Of a stretch of 64,000 bases of DNA, positions 52,701 to 62,000 are shown in pieces. Made by a program: the position numbers and the translations under genes. How positions within the stretch are numbered: position 1 is the first letter of the stretch; every line of letters begins with the position of its first letter. The notes under the pieces are model-generated. The model saw only the letters and a program-made list of their open reading frames with translations, had not been told where the DNA came from and searched no databases. Source of the stretch: Auanema rhodensis (taxonomy: Eukaryota; Animalia; Nematoda); the NCBI GenBank assembly GCA_964057225.1, contig OZ059899.1, positions 15,872,001-15,936,000 on the forward strand, given 5' to 3'.

Positions 52701-53813
52701 GCCAACTAGATTTGGAATGATTCCTTCACCTTTATATAGAATATCGTTTAGTGATTTACAGTTTTTTGATTTGCTTGAGGCGTTTAAAACTATTCGTAAC
52801 TTTGTTGTATTGCTACTTAGTTTCATCACAAAATGATGGGGAATATAATAAGTTAAAAATGGATGACTTGTTTTCGGAGCTATTTCTAATATTCCGGTTT
52901 TTAATTGCTCTTGAATTGTTTCATTATATTTTTTAAATATTTCATCTTGATTTTTGAAACTTTTTAACAAGCTTTTTAAACATCCTATGCTTTTACCAAA
53001 ATTATTGTCTATAGCTTGAATATTAGGTTTAATAGGAAACAATACTGATATTCTATTATTATTTATAGTTACATTTTCATGAAAATTATTCCATGCCAAT
53101 TCATCATCTTTCTTTCTTAAAATATCTTTTGTTTCCCTTTTTTCTTTCTCAAGTCTAATTCCAGTTAAAAAACATTTCAGTTCTTCGCTTATTTCATAGT
53201 TTTCATCCTTTTCTGAAGTTCCAATTATGATTGGGTTTAGTTTTGTTGGCATCATAATTAATCCTGATTTTAATACATACGATTTGAACTCTTTTGGAAC
53301 TATTTTCCAATAATTATCCATACCAATTAAAATATCCGGTTCTAATTCTGTTATTTTATTGAGTTTTTCATATTCGGATATTTGATTATATTGCTTTTCA
53401 TACGTTTTCTCTTCATTTTCTTCATTAGCATATTGCTCTAAGTGTTTCTGGTTAATTAGCATAATTTCTGTTACGTCCTCCTTACTTATGTTTGGTATTT
53501 TTATTTTGTCTGTTATATTAGATATAGTTAAAAAGTTTAATTTCATGTCTTCTATTTTCATTTTTACCAATTTTGATTTTATTATATTTTCTTTATCTCC
53601 AATAGTTCCTATTGGGATATTTTTCTCATCTTCTATTTCTAATTCTAGTTCATTTGAAACTTCTTCTTTTATAAATGATCTTTGAGAACATGAATCAAAT
53701 ATTATAGTTAAATTTTTGCTTTTAAATGTTAAATATGAGATAAAAAACGTATTTTCTAAATTACTACTATAAATTTCATTTGAAAATAATGTTTTTGATT
53801 TCTTTTCGATCAT
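49710..53813 (-). CDS. pol: BEL/Pao pol polyprotein (aspartic protease, RT, RNase H, integrase)
   Basis: 1367-aa ORF: IFDSCSQRSFI and PDILIGMD (protease); YYIPHH, KLRIVLNAS, DIEKAFHQI, RIPFGVNSSPFLL, YVDN (Pao RT); FTDAS, TIPMKEL, NPADIPTRG (RNase H); H..H..CxxC, GVDFAGP, SDNG, GGFYE (integrase). Confidence 0.95.
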   Translation of the reverse strand: MIEKKSKTLFSNEIYSSNLENTFFISYLTFKSKNLTIIFDSCSQRSFIKEEVSNELELEIEDEKNIPIGTIGDKENIIKSKLVKMKIEDMKLNFLTISNITDKIKIPNISKEDVTEIMLINQKHLEQYANEENEEKTYEKQYNQISEYEKLNKITELEPDILIGMDNYWKIVPKEFKSYVLKSGLIMMPTKLNPIIIGTSEKDENYEISEELKCFLTGIRLEKEKRETKDILRKKDDELAWNNFHENVTINNNRISVLFPIKPNIQAIDNNFGKSIGCLKSLLKSFKNQDEIFKKYNETIQEQLKTGILEIAPKTSHPFLTYYIPHHFVMKLSSNTTKLRIVLNASSKSKNCKSLNDILYKGEGIIPNLVGMLIRLRLCKEFIMGDIEKAFHQIELKKQHRDLTRILWIKDIRKEIDNSNLVNLRFTRIPFGVNSSPFLLAASIIYFLNKEKRDINEDIMKNIYVDNIMLKVSNVNQNLKLYEEIKNLFSKVNMNVREFYSNNPNIMQMIPQKDKMKEGSMKILGMNYEKESDEFIIEFPNWKANNLTRKNVLSFINSVFDPIGISQPIMLKAKLFMKKLWDLKNDWNDEITEKDLINEWLNITEKLRNKFLKFPRQILRNQNPVKLEYCLFTDASKDVIAAVAYIIEYNDQNNIINIQFLNSKSSTMIEGTIPMKELSAMVLGFKLIRENFKEMNVNIRNIKIFTDSQVVLHWISKNPQKKLYIRNRIEKINEISQEMKEKDKVIEYFYVKSEANPADIPTRGADIDEAKFEMWKNGPYWMKEENLFKANVITQQNIINPEISKSKIINLLINTKRNNLYENFESLAGKYSSFSEYMSIIKVIVMFACKLRKEKWMNSNKIMEELRDAKSEGIKNKLIEKLIIKMHQEQNINSLEKKKYKSLDIIKDEYNILRVRGRMGNDNKSIDEYPILLFGKTNYSNLFLNYMHGIMLHPARNTFISMIRKNFFIIKLKNIVNTINSRCLKCKKLNNRPYKYPDFPQLPIHRINKFKPYENIGVDFAGPLYVKKENETKKVWIMLITCLCTRAIYIDLVHDCTSKEFILVLRKFFARKRIPKIIYSDNGSQFIKGEKILKEFSSKNFIQWKFITPHSPWKGGFYEKMIGITKKYLMKNLDVRIIELRELETILAEIETVINNRPLTNIETDFDTIITPMSLEIYHPSNILPCYMGNENKTNLENKREIKEWMEICNEKVEKFWLEWTGHYLEELRANNIKYRNMKNYSKNIPKVGDIVLCEKIGTKRNKWPMVLIKELIISPDKQIRTAIIKNSEGNLLRKSINQLIPLEINQQYDENHKETEDETKDEESEPKSEIHQKQQDCISNTIIPRGTEQWNHRLRPIARINYKEYL

Positions 53814-55684
53814 GTTACTTTCCGATTTTTTGGGGTAAACCGAAAATTTTGTCCTAATGGTTCTGAATTTCCTCCTGTTGGATGTATCATTTCGAATTTC
53901 GAATTATTTCTTTCTTTAGCATCATTTCTTGAATTCAAGTTATCTTCTTGATCATTTTTCTTCCAATTATGTTCGAAATTACTTTCTGATGCTTTATAAC
54001 ATAACATTTCATGATGATTTCCCTGACAATTTTGACATTTATCTTTATCACAATTAAAGGAAGTATGATTTGTATTAAAACAGAGCCAGCAACGTTTTTC
54101 TCTTATTATTATTTCTCTTTTTTCCTTAACTCCGGTCATTTTTCGACAATCTTTAGCTTCATGATTATTTAATTTACAAAAAATGCATGAAATTCTTTTG
54201 AAATTCTTTTCATTTTTAACAAATGATCCTTTATAATTGTTCGAATTTCTTTCATATCTTTCTCTATTTACTTTTGTTAGAAAATTTACAGTTGGTCTGT
54301 GTTCTTCTTTATGTAATTGATTTGAATTTGAAGCAGCCAAGACCGCTTTTATTTTTATTTCTATGCATTTTAGAATATCTTCTATATTCAGTCTTTTATT
54401 TTCTGTTATTTCTATTTCTGATATTCTTGTATTTATTTCGATATCAAATTTACTTTTCACTATTTCGATTATTTCTTCATTATCGATATTTTCATATTCT
54501 TCTAATGCTGATAGAATTGATTTTATTTTGTAAAAGTTTTCTCTTGCATAGATTGGATTCCCATATGCTTTTCTGACATTATTTAATTCTTTCTTTAAAT
54601 CTTTTTTAATTTCATATGGTCTATCGAATGTATCTTTTATTATTTTCAGAGCTTTCACATAGTTTCTCCCGTCAAGCGGTAAATGCTCCACAAGTTGTGC
54701 TGGAAAATCAGTAAGTGAATTTTTTAATTGATATAATTTTTCTAAATTTGTTAAATTATTATTATTATGAATAAGCATCATAAATATGTTGAAAAATTCT
54801 TTGAATCTTTTTATATCACCATTGAATTTTTTGATTTCCATTTGTGGTTTGAATTTTATATTATTTATATAATTTTTACATTCGTATTCTTGAAAGGATT
54901 CGGATAGATTTGAATCTGTCTCATATTTTTCATTGATCTCATTTGTACTTATATAATCATCATTATTTCTGTATTTTGGAGATGTTATATTTTTTTGATG
55001 ATATTCATTTTTTAATTCATTTAAGCTGTTTGTTAAATGTTCAATTTTAAGTAATAAATCATTTTTTTCAAGGTTACTTGTTATTTTATGTGAGGGAGGT
55101 TCACTTTTTAAGGTAGTTTGGGAACTGTTTCGGCTATATATCGGATCTTGAATCATTTTCTTATTGAAAATTGGTGTGAATCTGGTTGAAAGTTTTTCGT
55201 ATTCTGATTCTACATCACTCTGACTTGAGCATTCACTTTCATTTTCATATTTTGAAATTATAGCATCTTGCGCTAATAAATCTTTTCTATTTAATATTTC
55301 AAGAAACTCTTCCTCATTTATTTTGAAATTTCTTAAAATAATTCTTAATTCTTCATGTGATTCATTTCTTTGTATCTCTTTACCGATTTTCACAAATTCT
55401 CTTATTTCCTTTTTAAGGCTTTCCCAGTTTTCAATGATTATTGACTTTTCTAAACTATCCATTATCTCAGGAAAATTTACTTCGTTTCTCAATATTATGG
55501 TTCTTTCCATTAAATTTGAAAATCTTGTCAAATAATCTTTCAAATTTTCATAAAAATTCTCTTTTTCTACGAAATTTTCTTCGAACACATACAGTAATTC
55601 TTCTCTTTTCGCGAGTGTATTCACTATTCTTTTTTGAATTCCTGTCTTATTACGGTAACCCGTTTTAGAAGAGCAAAGACTCAT
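53810..55684 (-). CDS. gag: BEL/Pao gag protein
   Basis: First ATG at 55684 (the ORF track begins at TTG 55705). FNGD..F..F...F...IH...EKL..L..SL is the DUF1759-like capsid pattern. Three zinc knuckles: CIFCKLNNHEAKDC, CWLCFNTNHTSFNC, CQNCQGNHHEMLC. Confidence 0.92.
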   Translation of the reverse strand: MSLCSSKTGYRNKTGIQKRIVNTLAKREELLYVFEENFVEKENFYENLKDYLTRFSNLMERTIILRNEVNFPEIMDSLEKSIIIENWESLKKEIREFVKIGKEIQRNESHEELRIILRNFKINEEEFLEILNRKDLLAQDAIISKYENESECSSQSDVESEYEKLSTRFTPIFNKKMIQDPIYSRNSSQTTLKSEPPSHKITSNLEKNDLLLKIEHLTNSLNELKNEYHQKNITSPKYRNNDDYISTNEINEKYETDSNLSESFQEYECKNYINNIKFKPQMEIKKFNGDIKRFKEFFNIFMMLIHNNNNLTNLEKLYQLKNSLTDFPAQLVEHLPLDGRNYVKALKIIKDTFDRPYEIKKDLKKELNNVRKAYGNPIYARENFYKIKSILSALEEYENIDNEEIIEIVKSKFDIEINTRISEIEITENKRLNIEDILKCIEIKIKAVLAASNSNQLHKEEHRPTVNFLTKVNRERYERNSNNYKGSFVKNEKNFKRISCIFCKLNNHEAKDCRKMTGVKEKREIIIREKRCWLCFNTNHTSFNCDKDKCQNCQGNHHEMLCYKASESNFEHNWKKNDQEDNLNSRNDAKERNNSKFEMIHPTGGNSEPLGQNFRFTPKNRKVT

Positions 55685-55758
55685 TTCTTTTTTAATAAAT
55701 TTCAATTAGTGCTTTTTACTTTTTTTTTTTTTTTTTTCACTTTTTATCGGCTATTTTA

Positions 55759-55769
55759 CCGATGCACCA
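55759..55769 (-). other. Primer binding site, tRNA-Gly(GCC)-type
   Basis: Minus strand TGGTGCATCGG, 7 nt inside the 5' LTR boundary, complementary to a tRNA 3' end ...CGAUGCACCA characteristic of tRNA-Gly(GCC). Confidence 0.8.
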
Positions 55770-55776
55770 CTTTTTA

Positions 55777-56007
55777 TGTCTTGAATAAACAAAGAACACA
55801 AAATATATTATAACTATTTATTATAAATAATTGGCAACGACCGATTATTATAAGTGTTAACTCGAAGAATAAAAAATGTTAATAACAAAAACAATGAAAA
55901 ATGACTCTCACGTGAACTTTCACGTGTTTTATAATAATGATTCAAAAATGGTAAAGATTATTCATGTTCTTCATTAATTATCTTCAATTTCTGATTAGAT
56001 CAGAACA
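55777..56007 (-). repeat. 5' LTR (231 bp)
   Basis: Identical by eye to 49360-49590; followed on the minus strand by the PBS and gag. Confidence 0.96.
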
Positions 56008-59000
56008 GTAGTCACGTTGTGTCCGGTGAATGTTCGCTTTGCTCCAAGACCATTATCCAAAATCAAATGAAAATACTTTGAGGTGGGGTATTCAGATGTG
56101 TAGATTCTGAATCTCTTAGAGAAATTTGGCTAGGACTTCTCCTGTTTACGGAAAAACGGTTTATATCGACGCCATCCACAAGATTTGTTCACAAAAAAGT
56201 TCAGGCTGTAGTCACGTTGTGTCCGGTGAATGTTCGCTTTGCTCCAAGACCAATATCCAAAATCAAACAAAAACACTTTGAGGTGGGGTATTCAGATGTG
56301 TAGATTCTGAATCTCTTGATGAAATTTAGCTAGGACTTCTCCTGTTTCCGGAAAAACGGTTTATATCGACGCCATCCACAAGATTTGTTCACAAAAAAGT
56401 TCAGGCTGTAGTCACGTTGTGTCCGGTGAATGTTCGCTTTTCTCTAAGATTATTATCGAAAATCAACTAAAAACACTTTGAGGTGGGGTATTCAGATGTG
56501 TAGATTCTGAATCTCTTAGTGAAATTTGGCTAGGACTTCTCTTGTTTCCGGAAAAACGGTTTATATCGACCCCATCCACAAGATTTGTTCACAAAAAAGT
56601 TCAGGCTGTAGTCACGTTGTGTCCGGTGAATGTTCGCTTTGCTCCAAGACCATCATCGAAAATCAAACAAAACCACTTTGAGGTGGGGTATTTAGTTGTG
56701 TAGATTCTGAATCTCTTAGTGAAATTTGGCTAGGACTTCTCCTGTTTCCGGAAAAACTGTTTATATCGACGCCATCCACAAGATTTGTTCACAAAAAAGT
56801 TCAGGCTGTAGACACGTTGTGTCCGGTGAATGTTCGCTTTGCTCCAAGACCATTATCCAAAATCAAATGAAAATACTTTGAGGTGGGGTATTCAGATGTG
56901 TAGATTCTGAATCTCTTAATGAAATTTGGCTAGGACTTCTCCTGTTCACGGAAAAACGGTTTATATCGACCCTATCCACAAGATTTGTTCACAAAAAAGT
57001 GCAGGCTGTAGTCACGTTGTGTCCGGTGAATGTTCGCTTTGCTCCAAGACCATTATCTAAAATCAAATGAAAATACTTTGAGGTGGGGTATTCAGATGTG
57101 TAGATTCTGAATCTCTTAGTGAAATTTGGCTAGGACTTCTCTTGTTTCCGGAAAAACGGTTTATATCGACCCCATCCACAAGATTTGTTCACAAAAAAGT
57201 TCAGGCTGTAGTCACGTTGTGTCCGGTGAATGTTCGCTTTGCTCCAAGACCATCATCGAAAATCAAACAAAACCACTTTGAGGTGGGGTATTTAGTTGTG
57301 TAGATTCTGAATCTCTTAGTGAAATTTGGCTAGGACTTCTCCTGTTTCCGGAAAAACTGTTTATATCGACGCCATCCACAAGATTTGTTCACAAAAAAGT
57401 TCAGGCTGTAGTCACGTTGTGTCCGGTGAATGTTCGCTTTGCTCCAAGACCATTATCCAAAATCAAATGAAAATACTTTGAGGTGGGGTATTCAGATGTT
57501 TAGATTCTGAATCTCTTAGAGAAATTTGGCTAGGACTTCTCCTGTTTACGGAAAAACGGTTTATATCGACGCCATCCACAAGATTTGTTCACAAAAAAGT
57601 TCAGGCTGTAGTCACGTTGTGTCCGGTGAATGTTCGCTTTGCTCCAAGACCATTATCCAAAATCAAACAAAAACACTTTGAGGTGGGGTATTCAGATGTG
57701 TAGATTCTGAATCTCTTAGAGAAATTTGGCTAGGACTTCTCCTGTTTACGGAAAAACGGTTTATATCGACGCCATCCACAAGATTTGTTCACAAAAAAGT
57801 TCAGGCTGTAGACACGTTGTGTCCGGTGAATGTTCGCTTTGCTCCAAGACCATTATCCAAAATCAAACAAAAACACTTTGAGGTGGGGTATTCAGATGTG
57901 TAGATTCTCAATCTCTTAGTGAAATTTAGCTAGGACTTCTCCTGTTTACGGAAAAACGGTTTATATCGACGCCATCCACAAGATTTGTTCACAAAAAAGT
58001 TCAGGCTGTAGTCACGTTGTGTCCGGTGAATGTTCGCTTTGCTCCAAGACCATTATCCAAAATCAAATGAAAATACTTTGAGGTGGGGTATTCAGATGTG
58101 TAGATTCTCAATCTCTTAGTGAAATTTAGCTAGGACTTCTCCTGTTTACGGAAAAACGGTTTATATCGACGCCATCCACAAGATTTGTTCACAAAAAAGT
58201 TCAGGCTGTAGACACGTTGTGTCCGGTGAATGTTCGCTTTGCTCCAAGACCATTATCCAAAATCAAATGAAAATACTTTGAGGTGGGGTATTCAGATGTG
58301 TAGATTCTGAATCTCTTAGTGAAATTTGGCTAGGACTTCTCCTGTTTCCGAAAAAACGGTTTATATCGACGCCATCCACAAGATTTGTTCACAAAAAAGT
58401 TCAGGCTGTAGTCACGTTGTGTCCGGTGAATGTTCGCTTTGCTCCAAGACCATTATCCAAAATCAAATGAAAATACTTTGAGGTGGGGTATTCAGATGTG
58501 TAGATTCTGAATCTCTTAGAGAAATTTGGCTAGGACTTCTCCTGTTTACGGAAAAACGGTTTATATCGACGCCATCCACAAGATTTGTTCACAAAAAAGT
58601 TCAGGCTGTAGTCACGTTGTGTCCGGTGAATGTTCGCTTTGCTCCAAGACCAATATCCAAAATCAAACAAAAACACTTTGAGGTGGGGTATTCAGATGTG
58701 TAGATTCTGAATCTCTTGATGAAATTTAGCTAGGACTTCTCCTGTTTCCGGAAAAACGGTTTATATCGACGCCATCCACAAGATTTGTTCACAAAAAAGT
58801 TCAGGCTGTAGTCACGTTGTGTCCGGTGAATGTTCGCTTTTCTCTAAGATTATTATCGAAAATCAACTAAAAACACTTTGAGGTGGGGTATTCAGATGTG
58901 TAGATTCTGAATCTCTTAGTGAAATTTGGCTAGGACTTCTCTTGTTTCCGGAAAAACGGTTTATATCGACCCCATCCACAAGATTTGTTCACAAAAAAGT

Positions 59001-62000
59001 TCAGGCTGTAGTCACGTTGTGTCCGGTGAATGTTCGCTTTGCTCCAAGACCATCATCGAAAATCAAACAAAACCACTTTGAGGTGGGGTATTTAGTTGTG
59101 TAGATTCTGAATCTCTTAGTGAAATTTGGCTAGGACTTCTCCTGTTTCCGGAAAAACTGTTTATATCGACGCCATCCACAAGATTTGTTCACAAAAAAGT
59201 TCAGGCTGTAGACACGTTGTGTCCGGTGAATGTTCGCTTTGCTCCAAGACCATTATCCAAAATCAAATGAAAATACTTTGAGGTGGGGTATTCAGATGTG
59301 TAGATTCTGAATCTCTTAATGAAATTTGGCTAGGACTTCTCCTGTTCACGGAAAAACGGTTTATATCGACCCTATCCACAAGATTTGTTCACAAAAAAGT
59401 GCAGGCTGTAGTCACGTTGTGTCCGGTGAATGTTCGCTTTTCTCTAAGATCATCATCGAAAATCAAATAAAAACACTTTGAGGTGGGGTATTCAGATGTG
59501 TAGATTCTGAATCTCTTAGTGAAATTTGGCTAGGACTTCTCCTGTTTACGGAAAAACGGTTTATGTCGACCCCATCCACAAGATTTGTTCACAAAAAAGT
59601 TCAGGCTGTAGTCACGTTGTGTCCGGTGAATGTTCGCTTTGTTCCAAGACCATCATCGAAAATCAAACAAAAACACTTTGAGGTGGGGTATTCAGATGTG
59701 TAGATTCTGAATCTCTTAGTGAAATTTGGCTAGGACTTCTCCTGTTTACGGAAAAACGGTTTATATCGACGCCATCCACAAGATTTGTTCACAAAAAAGG
59801 TCAGGCTGTAGTCACGTTGTGTCCGGTGAATGTTCGCTTTGCTCCAACATCATCATCGAAAATCAAATAAAAACATTCTGAGGTGGGGTATTCAGATGTG
59901 TAGATTCTGAATCTCTTAGTGAAATTTAGCTAGGACTTCTCCTGTTTCCGGAAAAACGGTTTATATCGACGCCATCCACAAGATTTGTTCACAAAAAAGT
60001 TCAGGCTGTAGTCACGTTGTGTCCGGTGAATGTTCGCTTTGCTCCAAGACCATTATCTAAAATCAAATGAAAATACTTTGAGGTGGGGTATTCAGATGTG
60101 TAGATTCTGAATCTCTTAGTGAAATTTGGCTAGGACTTCTCTTGTTTCCGGAAAAACGGTTTATATCGACCCCATCCACAAGATTTGTTCACAAAAAAGT
60201 TCAGGCTGTAGTCACGTTGTGTCCGGTGAATGTTCGCTTTGCTCCAAGACCATCATCGAAAATCAAACAAAACCACTTTGAGGTGGGGTATTCAGATGTG
60301 TAGATTCTGAATCTCTTAGTGAAATTTGGCTAGGACTTCTCCTGTTTCCGGAAAAACTGTTTATATCGACGCCATCCACAAGATTTGTTCACAAAAAAGT
60401 TCAGGCTGTAGTCACGTTGTGTCCGGTGAATGTTCGCTTTGCTCCAAGACCATTATCCAAAATCAAATGAAAATACTTTGAGGTGGGGTATTCAGATGTT
60501 TAGATTCTGAATCTCTTAGAGAAATTTGGCTAGGACTTCTCCTGTTTACGGAAAAACGGTTTATATCGACGCCATCCACAAGATTTGTTCACAAAAAAGT
60601 TCAGGCTGTAGTCACGTTGTGTCCGGTGAATGTTCGCTTTGCTCCAAGACCATTATCCAAAATCAAATGAAAATACTTTGAGGTGGGGTATTCAGATGGT
60701 TAGATTCTGAATCTCTTAGAGAAATTTGGCTAGGACTTCTCCTGTTTACGGAAAAACGGTTTATATCGACGCCATCCACAAGATTTGTTCACAAAAAAGT
60801 TCAGGCTGTAGTCACGTTGTGTCCGGTGAATGTTCGCTTTGCTCCAAGACCATTATCCAAAATCAAATAAAAATACTTTGAGGTGGGGTATTCAGATGTG
60901 TAGATTCTCAATCTCTTAGTGAAATTTAGCTAGGACTTCTCCTGTTTACGGAAAAACGGTTTATATCGACGCCATCCACAAGATTTGTTCACAAAAAAGT
61001 TCAGGCTGTAGTCACGTTGTGTCCGGTGAATGTTCGCTTTGCTCCAAGACCATTATCCAAAATCAAATGAAAATACTTTGAGGTGGGGTATTCAGATGTG
61101 TAGATTCTGAATCTCTTAGTGAAATTTGGCTAGGACTTCTCCTGTTTCCGGAAAAACTGTTTATATCGACGCCATCCACAAGATTTGTTCACAAAAAAGT
61201 TCAGGCTGTAGTCACGTTGTGTCCGGTGAATGTTCGCTTTGCTCCAAGACCATTATCCAAAATCAAATGAAAATACTTTGAGGTGGGGTATTCAGATGTT
61301 TAGATTCTGAATCTCTTAGAGAAATTTGGCTAGGACTTCTCCTGTTTACGGAAAAACGGTTTATATCGACGCCATCCACAAGATTTGTTCACAAAAAAGT
61401 TCAGGCTGTAGTCACGTTGTGTCCGGTGAATGTTCGCTTTGCTCCAAGACCATTATCCAAAATCAAATAAAAATACTTTGAGGTGGGGTATTCAGATGTG
61501 TAGATTCTCAATCTCTTAGTGAAATTTAGCTAGGACTTCTCCTGTTTACGGAAAAACGGTTTATATCGACGCCATCCACAAGATTTGTTCACAAAAAAGT
61601 TCAGGCTGTAGTCACGTTGTGTCCGGTGAATGTTCGCTTTGCTCCAAGACCATTATCCAAAATCAAATAAAAATACTTTGAGGTGGGGTATTCAGATGTG
61701 TAGATTCTCAATCTCTTAGTGAAATTTAGCTAGGACTTCTCCTGTTTACGGAAAAACGGTTTATATCGACGCCATCCACAAGATTTGTTCACAAAAAAGT
61801 TCAGGCTGTAGACACGTTGTGTCCGGTGAATGTTCGCTTTGCTCCAAGACCATTATCCAAAATCAAACAAAAACACTTTGAGGTGGGGTATTCAGATGTG
61901 TAGATTCTCAATCTCTTAGAGAAATTTGGCTAGGACTTCTCCTGTTTACGGAAAAACGGTTTATATCGACGCCATCCACAAGATTTGTTCACAAAAAAGT

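Larger units (their letters stand above)
49360..56007 (-). mobile_element. Full-length BEL/Pao LTR retrotransposon (6648 bp) with 5-bp TSD GTAGT
   Basis: TG...CA LTRs at 49360-49590 and 55777-56007. GTAGT duplicated at 49355-49359 and 56008-56012; the uninterrupted monomer reads GGCT-GTAGT-CACG. gag and pol ORFs with PR-RT-RH-IN order. Confidence 0.97.

Noticed and set aside
50680-55668. Plus-strand ORFs overlapping gag and pol (e.g. 50680-50979, 54223-54576)
   Set aside because: Antisense shadows of A-rich coding sequence; no env-like third ORF is present between pol and the 3' LTR.
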